Positions 18,461 to 27,800 of a DNA stretch of 32,000 nt are shown here, piece by piece. How positions within the stretch are numbered: the stretch's first letter is position 1; every line of letters begins with the position of its first letter. Made by a program: the position numbers and the translations under genes. The notes under the pieces were generated by a model. The model searched no databases, had not been told where the DNA came from, and saw nothing but the letters and a program-made list of their open reading frames with translations. The stretch is taken from NCBI GenBank assembly GCA_005191425.1, contig SUPR01000028.1, forward strand, positions 1 to 32,000, written 5' to 3'. The stretch comes from Candidatus Helarchaeota ASGARD archaeon Hel_GB_B (GTDB taxonomy: Archaea; Asgardarchaeota; Lokiarchaeia; Helarchaeales; HEL-GB-B).

Positions 18461-19441
18461 GTGGTTGATAAGATGACGGAGTTGCGCTGGAATCCAATTC
18501 TTCAAGAATGGACAATTATAGCTGGACATAGAGCTATAAGGCCGCAAGTGCATAAAAAAGCTAATATAATGGAGAAAAGTTGTCCATTTTGCGAGGGACA
18601 AGAAGAAGTAGAGGGCGAATGGATTGTAAAATACTTACCAAATAAATACCCTTCTTTGCAAATAAAACCACCAGAACCAAGTGTTTTAGGGAATGATTTA
18701 GTACCAGTTTTACCAGCAAAAGGGGTTTGTGAGGTAATAATATACACGAAAGACCATTATAAAACTTTGGAACGACTTCCTGTTGACCATATTGTTAAAA
18801 TTATTGAATTATGGACTAATAGATATGAAGAGATTGGTAAAATTAGCGAAATTAAATATGTCTTTATATTTGAAAATACAGGAACTGAAATTGGAGTTTC
18901 CTTAGACCATCCACATGGTCAGATCTATTCTTTTCCATTTATCCCACCAAGAATTAAAGTAGAATTAAATTCATCAAAATCCTATTTTGAAAAAAATGAG
19001 AAATGCCTTTATTGTAGCATCATAGAATTCGAGATAAAAGATAAAAAAAGGATCATTTTTGAAAATGATGATTTTGTTTGTTTTATACCATTTTTTTCAC
19101 AATATGCATATGAGACATTTTTGATCCCAAAAAGACACATTCAAAGTCTTTCAGATTTAAAAGAAAATGAAATTAGAAATTTTGCTATAAGTTTAAAGCA
19201 GATTTTAAATATATATAGAAAAAGATTTCCCAATCAGCTTGATTATTTAATGCTTTTTCATCAGAAACCTACAACGGAAGAAAACTACGAATATTTTCAT
19301 TTTTATGTAGAATTTATAGTAATTCAAAGGGGAGGAGGAAAAAAGAAATATTTGGGAGGAGTTGAAAGAGGTACTGGGACTATTATAAATTCATCTAATC
19401 CAGAAAAAAATGCTAAAGAATTAAGAGAATTAAAAAATTAG
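18461..19441 (+). CDS. galT: Galactose-1-phosphate uridylyltransferase
   Basis: ELRWNP...RAIRP, CPFC, PNKYP, GVSLDHPHGQ and PEKNAKELR; ATG at 18473 is an alternative start. Confidence 0.9.
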   Translation: MVDKMTELRWNPILQEWTIIAGHRAIRPQVHKKANIMEKSCPFCEGQEEVEGEWIVKYLPNKYPSLQIKPPEPSVLGNDLVPVLPAKGVCEVIIYTKDHYKTLERLPVDHIVKIIELWTNRYEEIGKISEIKYVFIFENTGTEIGVSLDHPHGQIYSFPFIPPRIKVELNSSKSYFEKNEKCLYCSIIEFEIKDKKRIIFENDDFVCFIPFFSQYAYETFLIPKRHIQSLSDLKENEIRNFAISLKQILNIYRKRFPNQLDYLMLFHQKPTTEENYEYFHFYVEFIVIQRGGGKKKYLGGVERGTGTIINSSNPEKNAKELRELKN

Positions 19442-19460
19442 AATTAAACTGAAACAAAAA

Positions 19461-19631
19461 TTACCAATTAGTCCACTTTAATTTTCGGGGGTTTCGTCGT
19501 AATTTAAAATAGTTTTTGTAACATTTAGAGGAACAGATGTATGTTACTTTTCCATCGCTTCTAACATGCATGGACCCACAACCGGGTTCGATATCCTTAT
19601 TACAAAATGCGCATTTTTGAATTCTGACCAT
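19461..19631 (-). CDS. rpl24e: 50S ribosomal protein L24e (absent from the ORF track)
   Basis: Manual translation: [56 protein letters not shown]; GGTGA SD upstream; follows S28e as is usual in archaea. Confidence 0.96.
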   Translation of the reverse strand: MVRIQKCAFCNKDIEPGCGSMHVRSDGKVTYICSSKCYKNYFKLRRNPRKLKWTNW

Positions 19632-19639
19632 ATAATCAC

Positions 19640-19849
19640 CTATGGGACTTTAATTTTTCTAGCTTCGCGTTCAGTTTCTTTTAACATTAAGATATCTTTC
19701 AATCGTACAGGTCCTTTAACATTACGAGTTAAGATACGGTTTTTAGAAATACCTTCAAGTACTCTTACTTTTACTTGAATAATTTCGCCAGTAGTTCCTG
19801 TTCGGCCAACTATTTCAATTACTTCCGCAGGAACTGTCTCTTCTTCCAT
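19640..19849 (-). CDS. rps28e: 30S ribosomal protein S28e
   Basis: [16 protein letters not shown]...[20 protein letters not shown]. Confidence 0.97.
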   Translation of the reverse strand: MEEETVPAEVIEIVGRTGTTGEIIQVKVRVLEGISKNRILTRNVKGPVRLKDILMLKETEREARKIKVP

Positions 19850-19872
19850 TATTAACCACCATTTTTAAAAAT

Positions 19873-20232
19873 TCATTCATTAGTTAGTTTAAATATTAAA
19901 TCTTTTAGTATTTTAACCCCATCGCCAGGGTCGATAATAGCTACAGACGAAGTTGGGACTTCTATGCCTGCTCTTTTACCCAATTTCTTTTTATCGGAGA
20001 TCATTATAAATGGTGTTTTCTTTTCTGAACATAGAGGAGGTAAATGCATAATTATTTCGGGCGGTGTGACATCACCCGCAAAATAAACTAATTTGGCAAT
20101 ACCTCTTTCTATTGCTTTAGTAGTTTCATTTATTCCTCTTTTGATTTTACCCGTATCGACTGCAATATCAAGGACTTCAAGTGCCATATTTTCTAACTCT
20201 TCAGAAACTTTATATTTTGCAAATTTTGACAT
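19873..20232 (-). CDS. rpl7ae: 50S ribosomal protein L7Ae
   Basis: GKIKRGINETTKAIERG.AKLV..A.DVTPPEII.HLP.LC.EK. Confidence 0.97.
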   Translation of the reverse strand: MSKFAKYKVSEELENMALEVLDIAVDTGKIKRGINETTKAIERGIAKLVYFAGDVTPPEIIMHLPPLCSEKKTPFIMISDKKKLGKRAGIEVPTSSVAIIDPGDGVKILKDLIFKLTNE

Positions 20233-20345
20233 TTAATCATACACCTTTTTTCTTTCTAGGCAAAATAGCCTTTCATCATTCATCAAAAACTTGAGTATAT
20301 TCAATAAAAGATTGTTTTTTAAATTTTATTACAAAAATTTACTTT

Positions 20346-20549
20346 TTATTTTGGAGTTTGTTCGAATCGACTTATCTCATCTAATAAATCTCTAAAACTG
20401 ATAAACATGCGACGACAACATATTCTTTTTATACCTAGGCTATCGAGGACATCCTTAGGATGTTCGCCATTTTTTACTCTTTCTTCATAAATTTCCCATT
20501 TATCAGCAATAATTTTTCCGCATGTAAAACATCTAATTGGGATAATCAT
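20346..20549 (-). CDS. rpoN: RNA polymerase subunit N (Rpo10)
   Basis: MIIPIRCFTCGK...RICCRRM; start placed at ATG 20549 (AGGTG SD at 20556-20560). Confidence 0.97.
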   Translation of the reverse strand: MIIPIRCFTCGKIIADKWEIYEERVKNGEHPKDVLDSLGIKRICCRRMFISFRDLLDEISRFEQTPK

Positions 20550-20560
20550 AAAAAACACCT

Positions 20561-20965
20561 TCACCTAAAACTTTTTTGAAAACGTGCACGTGCGGATGGG
20601 CCACCAAATTTTTTAGGTTCAGTTCTTCTGGAATCTCCTGCGATTAATGTCCGATCATATTGCATAATTAGATTTTTAATTTCAGGGGTATCAAACCATT
20701 GTACCAGTGCTCTAGCAATAGCTATTGCTACAGCTTGTGCTTGGCCCATTCGTCCACCACCTTTAACATTCACATCAATATCAATAGAATTACGTAGTTT
20801 TTCGTCAATAAGATAGAGTGGTTCCATCATAATTTCTCTTGCTAAGTCGGTTTCTATAATTTCAATTGGTACTTTATTAACTCTAATTCTTCCTTTGCCC
20901 GTTTTCGTAGTAGCTCTTGCAATAGCAGTCTTTCTTTTTCCAGAAGTTAATACAATCTTTACCAT
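20561..20965 (-). CDS. rps9: 30S ribosomal protein S9
   Basis: GKRKTAIARA, GGGRMGQAQA, EPKKFGGPSARARFQKSFR. Confidence 0.97.
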   Translation of the reverse strand: MVKIVLTSGKRKTAIARATTKTGKGRIRVNKVPIEIIETDLAREIMMEPLYLIDEKLRNSIDIDVNVKGGGRMGQAQAVAIAIARALVQWFDTPEIKNLIMQYDRTLIAGDSRRTEPKKFGGPSARARFQKSFR

Positions 20966-20989
20966 TATTCATTCGCACCTATTTTACTC

Positions 20990-21430
20990 TTAAAATTTGC
21001 CTCCAATTTGAATAGCAAGATCAGATATGTGAATATATTTTTCTTTTAATCTAGAAACAGATGCACTATCTAATTTTTCTAATTTTAATTTATTATTTTG
21101 ATATTTTTCAGGAATTCCAATGTATACTCTTAAATTATGAAATGCTTTTTTACCACGGGGTTTTTTCCATGGGAGCATTCCTCTTATTGTTTTACGAACA
21201 ATTCGGTCGGGTTTCCGTGGATGGAAAGGGCCTTTTAAAGGATTTGTTAAAGTTCGAATATTTAGCCGCTCCTTATACGACTCAATAATTTGGTGATATT
21301 TTCCAGAAATAACTGCTTTTTCAGCATTAATTATTACTATTTTCTCGCCTAATAAAAGTCTTTTAGCAACAATTGATGCCATTCTTCCAAGAATTAAATT
21401 AGTTGCATCAATTATAGTTGGGTTTGTCAT
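20990..21430 (-). CDS. rpl13: 50S ribosomal protein L13
   Basis: IIDATNLILGRMAS.VAK, GPFHPRKPDRIVRKTIRGMLP. Confidence 0.97.
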   Translation of the reverse strand: MTNPTIIDATNLILGRMASIVAKRLLLGEKIVIINAEKAVISGKYHQIIESYKERLNIRTLTNPLKGPFHPRKPDRIVRKTIRGMLPWKKPRGKKAFHNLRVYIGIPEKYQNNKLKLEKLDSASVSRLKEKYIHISDLAIQIGGKF

Positions 21431-21452
21431 AATATTTCAGTCCTATTTCAAA

Positions 21453-21809
21453 TTATACAATAATTTTAATTTTTTTACCTTCTGGATTTCGGTTATATAA
21501 TTCCTCAATTGTTTCTAATTTTATTTTATTTTCTAATATTTTTTTTCGAGCAGATTCTGAAAATGATAATGCCGCGATAGAAGCAATTTTATGGTCAAAA
21601 TTACCATCACCTAAAATTTTTCCAGGTATTATAATCTGGTCATTTTCTTTGGCAAATCTATTAATTTTATTAATGTTAACGACCACTCTTTTTTTATTAG
21701 GTTTATTTAACCAATTATATACTGTCCTCCAAGACCTTCTTTTCGTTTTCCAGAGCATTTTAATTAATTTAATGTAATTTTCATTGCTTGATTTCGTCTT
21801 TAGCTTCAT
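21453..21809 (-). CDS. rpl18e: 50S ribosomal protein L18e
   Basis: VVNINKINR, IIPGKILGDG, AALSFSESAR.KI, NPEG; start placed at ATG 21809 with GGAG overlapping the rpoD stop. Confidence 0.93.
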   Translation of the reverse strand: MKLKTKSSNENYIKLIKMLWKTKRRSWRTVYNWLNKPNKKRVVVNINKINRFAKENDQIIIPGKILGDGNFDHKIASIAALSFSESARKKILENKIKLETIEELYNRNPEGKKIKIIV

Positions 21810-21810
21810 T

Positions 21811-22629
21811 TTACTCCACGTTTTCTTCAATTTTTGTTAATAAATTTTTTGCTTTATTTCTCAATATTTCTATTGCAGTATTTAAAATTTTTAGAGCTGG
21901 TAAAGCACCAGTACTTTCAATTGTAAATATAAAGACATCATCATGCCATGATATATTAATTGCACCAAATTCACAAACTTCTTCACAAATTTTGCACATT
22001 GTACAATTTTCAATATCATTAATAGCAATTGAATGAAATGGCTCATTAACTATTTCTAAAATATGACGAGGACATTGGTTTACGCATTCTTCACACATTT
22101 CGCATAGATCAGTTCGTAAATTAATTTCTGGCATATATTTATAAGCACAAGTCCCAACTGGCTGCCATTTTGCATGAGTAATCCCCTTACCTAATTTAGC
22201 ATATGCCTCAAGGATTATTGATTGCCCAGCATTTAACTTGACAATTGGAATTTTTGCTGCAACTTGTATTTTCTCATCTTCAGATTTTAGGTCTGTTGAA
22301 TAGACCATAATATTATGTTCATCACCTTGTTTTTCTAATGTAAATGCTACTTGACACATTGGACACCCTTCACCTTTACACTCACATTCTTCAGGTAAAA
22401 CATATGACTCTAAATCAGTAGTTAATGGGATTAATCCGAGTCTATGAGCTAGCATTTCATCATACAAAGGACTTGAATTTTTTACAATCCAAACGTCTTC
22501 TATAGCCATAGTAGGGACTTCTGCAAGAATTATTCTTCGTAATGAATTTACGAACTCTTTTGGAAAATCCTCTATAAGGATTTTCAAATACATTCCATCA
22601 TCAGATAGTTCCAATATTTTTATACTCAT
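21811..22629 (-). CDS. rpoD: RNA polymerase subunit D (Rpo3) with a ferredoxin-like domain
   Basis: NSLRRIILAEVPTMAI, DEMLAHRLGLIPL, HAKWQP and two CxxCxxCxxxC motifs. Confidence 0.97.
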   Translation of the reverse strand: MSIKILELSDDGMYLKILIEDFPKEFVNSLRRIILAEVPTMAIEDVWIVKNSSPLYDEMLAHRLGLIPLTTDLESYVLPEECECKGEGCPMCQVAFTLEKQGDEHNIMVYSTDLKSEDEKIQVAAKIPIVKLNAGQSIILEAYAKLGKGITHAKWQPVGTCAYKYMPEINLRTDLCEMCEECVNQCPRHILEIVNEPFHSIAINDIENCTMCKICEEVCEFGAINISWHDDVFIFTIESTGALPALKILNTAIEILRNKAKNLLTKIEENVE

Positions 22630-22993
22630 TAATTATCATCTATAAAAAGTGAAGATCATGGAATATGTTAAAAATGACCTTTACATTCATTTTGTAATTA
22701 TTTTTTAACAGATAAATTTGTATTGATAAATTTGAGTTAATTATTTTTGAGAGATTATTTATTGATTTAAATCTTTTTGTTTAGTAAAATAATCATTTTT
22801 CCATATTTTAAGAATATATCGATAAATTAAATTTGTTTATTTAAAATTTAGAATATTTAAAAATCTTATGATTTTATCATTCCTTTTAATTTGGAATTTT
22901 ATAAATAAAATTTTATGATATTTGAGTGTTTTTGATCTAATATTATATATTATTAAGTAAATAAAATAAAATTCATTAATAATTCTAAGTAGT

Positions 22994-23599
22994 TTAAACT
23001 CTTCTTCCTCGTCTGCCACCTTTCCTTCTTGTAGTATCATGAGGAATGGGTGTAACTTCTTCAATTCTTCCTATTCGGAGGCCTGACCTAGCCAATGCCC
23101 TAATCGCAGCTTGAGCACCTGGTCCAGGTGTCCGAGGCCCATGACCACCGGGCGCTCTAACTTTAATGTGTATATGATTATATCCTTTGTCTTTGATTTC
23201 TCTAGCAGCACGAAAAGCTGCTTGCATCGCAGCATATGCACTAGATTCTTCCCGATCAGCTTTTACAATCATTCCACCTGAATACCTTGCAAGAGTTTCA
23301 GCTCCAGTAATATCAGTAATATGGACAATTGTGTCATTATACGATGAAAAAATGTGAGCAATACCCCATAATTTCTTTTGTTTCTTTTTATGTTTTCTTC
23401 TTATTTCTTTTGTTTCCTCTTTAACTTCTTCTTTGACTTCCTCTTTTGTTTCCTCTTTGACTTCCTCTTTTACTTCTTCCGATGAAGAAAGTTCACTAGT
23501 ATCATTAGATTTTGTCTTATCTTGATTAATGTTTACATCTTCTTCATTATTTTCTTCTTTTACTTCTTCATTTTTATTTTTTGAACTCTTTTTAGACAT
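22994..23599 (-). CDS. rps11: 30S ribosomal protein S11 with a long charged N-terminal extension
   Basis: [48 protein letters not shown]; about 70 extra N-terminal residues. Confidence 0.97.
   Translation of the reverse strand: MSKKSSKNKNEEVKEENNEEDVNINQDKTKSNDTSELSSSEEVKEEVKEETKEEVKEEVKEETKEIRRKHKKKQKKLWGIAHIFSSYNDTIVHITDITGAETLARYSGGMIVKADREESSAYAAMQAAFRAAREIKDKGYNHIHIKVRAPGGHGPRTPGPGAQAAIRALARSGLRIGRIEEVTPIPHDTTRRKGGRRGRRV
23408..23479 (-). repeat. Six 12-bp coding tandem units ([12 protein letters not shown])x2 inside rps11
   Basis: Minus strand GA(A/G)GAAGT(A/C/T)AAA or GAGGAAACAAAA repeated six times. Confidence 0.9.
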
Positions 23600-23619
23600 T
23601 TTTAATCAACCCTAAATTT

Positions 23620-24147
23620 TTAAGATACAACTCCTTTTTGCCGCTCAGGATGATTAGGATTTTTTGCTAAAGGAGATGTAGGACTATAAGTAATTTCAGG
23701 CTCTTCATCAATAGTTACAATATAACTAGGTATTAAGATTCTTTTTCCGCTTATTGCGATATGTCCATGAACAATAAACTGGCGAGCTTGATATGGAGTT
23801 TTTGCTAAGCCTTTACGAAATACAACTGTTTGTAGCCTTCGTTCAAGAATATCACTAACAGTTAGTTGTAGGACATCATCAATAGTAGCATTTTCAGGTA
23901 ATACTCCAATTCTATGGAGCTTTTTTATTAATATCTCGGTTTCTTTTTCTTGTTTTTCTTTAGGCATTATTCTAATATCTCTTGCTCTACGACGATATTT
24001 TCTGAGCATTGTTTGATGGCGCCATAATTCTCGTTTATTTCTCAAGCCATATGTTCCAACAAGAATTAATTCTTCATGTAATCGTTCAGCTTCCCATGGA
24101 TGGGATGGTTTTGAATATTTCTTTTTAGATTTTTTAGGATCACCCAT
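23620..24147 (-). CDS. rps4: 30S ribosomal protein S4
   Basis: [44 protein letters not shown]. Confidence 0.97.
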   Translation of the reverse strand: MGDPKKSKKKYSKPSHPWEAERLHEELILVGTYGLRNKRELWRHQTMLRKYRRRARDIRIMPKEKQEKETEILIKKLHRIGVLPENATIDDVLQLTVSDILERRLQTVVFRKGLAKTPYQARQFIVHGHIAISGKRILIPSYIVTIDEEPEITYSPTSPLAKNPNHPERQKGVVS

Positions 24148-24183
24148 AATTCAACACCAATTTCAAAATAAAAATCATTTTAA

Positions 24184-24636
24184 TTATTTTTTCTTACGTC
24201 TAGAAACACCTACTACGGCACCTTTTCTACCAGTTGTCCTTGTTCTTTGTCCACGAACTCTTAGCCCTAATGCATGTCTAATTCCGCGGTAACATTTAAT
24301 ACTTCTTAATCTATCAATGTCGGATTTGTGTATTAAGATTAAGTCAGACCCAATTATTTGAGTATTATGACCGTATTTGATATCTTTTTGTCTATTCATT
24401 ACAAATGGTGGAATAGGATAATTTTGAGGGTTTTTGATTATATCCTCAATTTTTTTAATATCACGATCTGATAAAAACCCCAGTCTAATATTAGGGTCAA
24501 TTTCAGCTAGCCTTAAAATGATATGGGCCATTCTAATATTTATTCCTTTAATTTTAGTCATGGCATAGCCGACTTTCTTTGAGCCATCTAAGTCAGTGCC
24601 TGCTACACGTATAATATGCCTATAATTTTCAGACAT
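24184..24636 (-). CDS. rps13: 30S ribosomal protein S13
   Basis: IIRVAGTDLDG, YRGIRHALGLRVRGQRTRTTGRKG. Confidence 0.97.
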   Translation of the reverse strand: MSENYRHIIRVAGTDLDGSKKVGYAMTKIKGINIRMAHIILRLAEIDPNIRLGFLSDRDIKKIEDIIKNPQNYPIPPFVMNRQKDIKYGHNTQIIGSDLILIHKSDIDRLRSIKCYRGIRHALGLRVRGQRTRTTGRKGAVVGVSRRKKK

Positions 24637-25044
24637 TGGTTTTCTCCTGAATAATTCATAAATTTTTTATGTCCAATATAAGGAGATATAATCAATTTCT
24701 TTTAAGTTATAAATTTTGTTTATTTTTAAATTAAAAAACATTTAACTTTTTTAAATTTATTAATGATTTGTAAATAATCTAATAAAGATGATATTTTAAA
24801 TTTTGGAAGTAATATAAAATTTTTGGGTTTAAATTAGAATATGAAACTTAAGGTCAAATTAAAGAGAGTAATAATATAATTTAAAAATTTTGTTCAGTCC
24901 GAATTTAAATTTAGTATTATTTTAGGGCATATAAAGAAATTAAATAAAATTTAAATTACTTGATAATGGTTTTACATGAAATAATAAAATAGGGTACATT
25001 AGGCTAAACAATTTTAACCTAAAAATTAGACTTTATAAGGTCTG

Positions 25045-25587
25045 TTATTTTACTATTTTATTTGTCATTAAACGTGCTAGATAAATAAAAGCTTCTAATA
25101 CATTTGTGCCATCAGCGGCAGAAGTTTCAAAAAATTTTGCATTTACTTTTTCTGCCATTTCTTTTATTTCTTCAGTAGATTTTTTTCTAATTTCAGTGAG
25201 GTCAATTTTATTAGCAATTAAAACGCGGGGAATATCGCCGGAGTATTTGAGTAAGTCATCAAACCAATGTGGAATATTATTAAATGTTTCAGGTCTTGTG
25301 ACATCAAATACAAGTATAGCAGATGAAGCACCTTGATAATACAAATGGCGGACATCTTTCCATTTACTTTGTCCAGCTATGTCCCACATTAACAAGCGGA
25401 TATTATCGCCATTTTCCTGAATTTCCTTTATCACAATATTAGTGCCCAAGGTAGGTTTGTATTCTTTAATAAATTTTTGTTCTGCAAAACGATTAATTAG
25501 TGATGTTTTACCAACTGCGCCATCACCAATAACTACGACTTTGAATACATATCTATGTTTTGATTTTTCATCCATATTTATAATCAC
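25045..25587 (-). CDS. Rab-like small GTPase (Asgard type)
   Basis: G1 GDGAVGKT, G2 YKPT, G3 WDIAGQ, YYQGA, G4 NKID, G5 ETSAA; no C-terminal Cys; ATG at 25575 is an alternative start. Confidence 0.93.
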   Translation of the reverse strand: MIINMDEKSKHRYVFKVVVIGDGAVGKTSLINRFAEQKFIKEYKPTLGTNIVIKEIQENGDNIRLLMWDIAGQSKWKDVRHLYYQGASSAILVFDVTRPETFNNIPHWFDDLLKYSGDIPRVLIANKIDLTEIRKKSTEEIKEMAEKVNAKFFETSAADGTNVLEAFIYLARLMTNKIVK

Positions 25588-26183
25588 TCCTTTAGATATT
25601 CCTTTACATCAAGTTTATATTTTTTAACAATTCTAAATTCACAACATTTATCTCCCAATGCAATACATTTGTCTTCTATTACATCATATTTTTCTCCTGT
25701 TTCGGATTCTTTAATTTTACTTAAAGCACCACCGATAATATGACAAATAGGTTTTCCAGACATTGATTTAAGTCCATAACAAATTGGGCATTCATAGACG
25801 TCCACTATTTCTAAATCATCTTTCTTAATTAAATCCCATTTGCCTCCAATCCAGTTTTCCAATTTTTTAATCATTACATCTAAAGATAGCCCAAAAGGAG
25901 ATAAGTATATCAACCATTTTCGCCCTGCTTCATATAAAATGGCAGAAGTACCAAACCCAAGTAGGACAAACATAGAATTAATTAAAGAATGAAAAATATT
26001 ATAATCAATTTTCTCGTCCATTGAAATTTCATCAGGGGTGTGAGTATGAATATATTTATCTAATTTTGCATATCTCAAAACACTATTTTTACCATCTTGT
26101 CCCATTATATCATTTAATGCCGTAAGTAAAGCATAAAAAACATTCATTGATATCTCTTTTTTCTCCATTGGATTTAAAGTCAT
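25584..26183 (-). CDS. V4R-domain (Bet3/TRAPP-related fold) protein
   Basis: YECPICYG...KPICHIIGGAL...VIEDKCIALGDKCCEFRI is the V4R C/C/C pattern. Confidence 0.85.
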   Translation of the reverse strand: MTLNPMEKKEISMNVFYALLTALNDIMGQDGKNSVLRYAKLDKYIHTHTPDEISMDEKIDYNIFHSLINSMFVLLGFGTSAILYEAGRKWLIYLSPFGLSLDVMIKKLENWIGGKWDLIKKDDLEIVDVYECPICYGLKSMSGKPICHIIGGALSKIKESETGEKYDVIEDKCIALGDKCCEFRIVKKYKLDVKEYLKE

Positions 26184-26327
26184 TAGGCTAACTCCGTCAA
26201 ATATTTTTGATATTTACTTAATGCTCATTTAATTTTTAATATTTTTTCATTCCTTAAGATTTCTGGAATTAATGTTTAATAATTTAGTAGATTATTATAA
26301 AAATAATTATAAATAATCTATCTAGAA

Positions 26328-26651
26328 TTGTTTAAACATAAAAATATAAGAACGCATAATTGGACGGAATTAAAATTGGTCAAAATTTGTAATTTTTGTA
26401 AAAATAAAGCCAAACTTGAATGTCAATTTCATAAGAAAATTGCATGTAGAGATCATGCGCTTAAATGTCCTTATTGTCAAAATGTTGTATGTATAGATTG
26501 TTTTAAAGAGAAAAATTATAGACCTATTTGTCCAGTTTGTAAAAAGGAATTATTAATTTGTCCAAATTGTCTTAAAAATGGTTTGATTTCTCGTTTACAG
26601 CAAGGTACTAATGTTTGTAAAATTTGTGGTTATTCAATCTCATCTAAATAA
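26328..26651 (+). CDS. Cys/His-rich multi-zinc-finger protein
   Basis: 107 aa with CxxC, CxxH, CxxH and five further CxxC pairs; TTG start. Confidence 0.7.
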   Translation: MFKHKNIRTHNWTELKLVKICNFCKNKAKLECQFHKKIACRDHALKCPYCQNVVCIDCFKEKNYRPICPVCKKELLICPNCLKNGLISRLQQGTNVCKICGYSISSK

Positions 26652-26698
26652 AAATTAAATAGTAAAAATTCTTATTTCAATTTGAATTTATTATAAAA

Positions 26699-27655
26699 GT
26701 GATGATAATGTTAAAAATAGATCTTAGTTTGGTAAATAAGGTATTAGAGAATCTGATAAATGCATTAACATCAATTCAAGCAGCAATGATTTTCGATAAT
26801 AAGGGAAATTTATTAACATCAATGATGAATAGTACACTTGATGAAGAGGAAATTGGTGGTACTACATCATTAATTTCGTTTATTTCCGATAAAATAAAGA
26901 TCGATTTCGAGACAGGATTATTTCAAAATTCATCTTTAAGTACTGATTATAGAAAGTTTATTTTCAGACAGATTGATGACCTTATTCTTGTCCTAATTTG
27001 TGATTTGAAATCGGATTTGAACATTATAAATCCTTATTCTGATTATGTAGCTACTAAAATTTTAAAAATAAATAAAAATGTTCAAATTGACCCGTCTGTC
27101 CCGACTTTGGGAAAAATAGAAAGGCCTAAAAGAAAACCTAAGAACGAATATGTGTTTAAAATACTTATATTGGGGGATGCTGGTGTTGGTAAAACTACAA
27201 CAACTGTGCGATTTGCCCAAGCATTATTTACCTCAGAATACAAACCTACATTAGGAGTAAATATTGTAAGAAATGAGTTTTGGATGAATGATACGGATTT
27301 AATTCATTTTTCTATCTGGGACTTAGCTGGACAAGATAGGTGGGCTAGTATGAGAGGAATATATTATTCGGGTGCACAAGGTGCTTTATTATTATTTGAC
27401 ACCACAAGATTAGATTCTTTTAGAAATCTTGATAAATGGATTAAAGAAATAAATACAAATACAATTAATATACCAGTAGTGTTAGTTGGAAATAAAATAG
27501 ACCTTAAAGATTTAAGAAAAGTATCAAAAGAAGAGGGAATTAGAAAAGCCCAGGAATATGGTTATCGATATATTGAAACTTCAGCTAAAACTTCGGAAAA
27601 TATTAAGGAAACTTTTAAATTACTTGTAAAGGATATGATTAAGGGTAAAATATAA
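26699..27655 (+). CDS. Roadblock/LC7 domain fused to a Rab-like GTPase
   Basis: N-terminal IQAAMIFDNKGNLL roadblock pattern; C-terminal GDAGVGKT, YKPT, WDLAGQ, GNKID, ETSAK. Confidence 0.9.
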   Translation: MMIMLKIDLSLVNKVLENLINALTSIQAAMIFDNKGNLLTSMMNSTLDEEEIGGTTSLISFISDKIKIDFETGLFQNSSLSTDYRKFIFRQIDDLILVLICDLKSDLNIINPYSDYVATKILKINKNVQIDPSVPTLGKIERPKRKPKNEYVFKILILGDAGVGKTTTTVRFAQALFTSEYKPTLGVNIVRNEFWMNDTDLIHFSIWDLAGQDRWASMRGIYYSGAQGALLLFDTTRLDSFRNLDKWIKEINTNTINIPVVLVGNKIDLKDLRKVSKEEGIRKAQEYGYRYIETSAKTSENIKETFKLLVKDMIKGKI

Positions 27656-27800
27656 AGTAATAAATATTTTTATTCTATGATAATGAACCTATGGCTATTA
27701 GATTCTATTAGATTTTTAAATTAAACAACCAATAATTTGAAAAATAAGAAAAATCATTTTTGTTATTTAATTATATATTGAAATTTTAAGATTGGTGAAA

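Noticed and set aside
19566-19778. 70-aa + strand ORF
   Set aside because: Antisense to rps28e and rpl24e.
22837-23064. 75-aa ORF overlapping the rps11 3' end
   Set aside because: Alternative frame running into AT-rich spacer; low complexity, no SD or motif.
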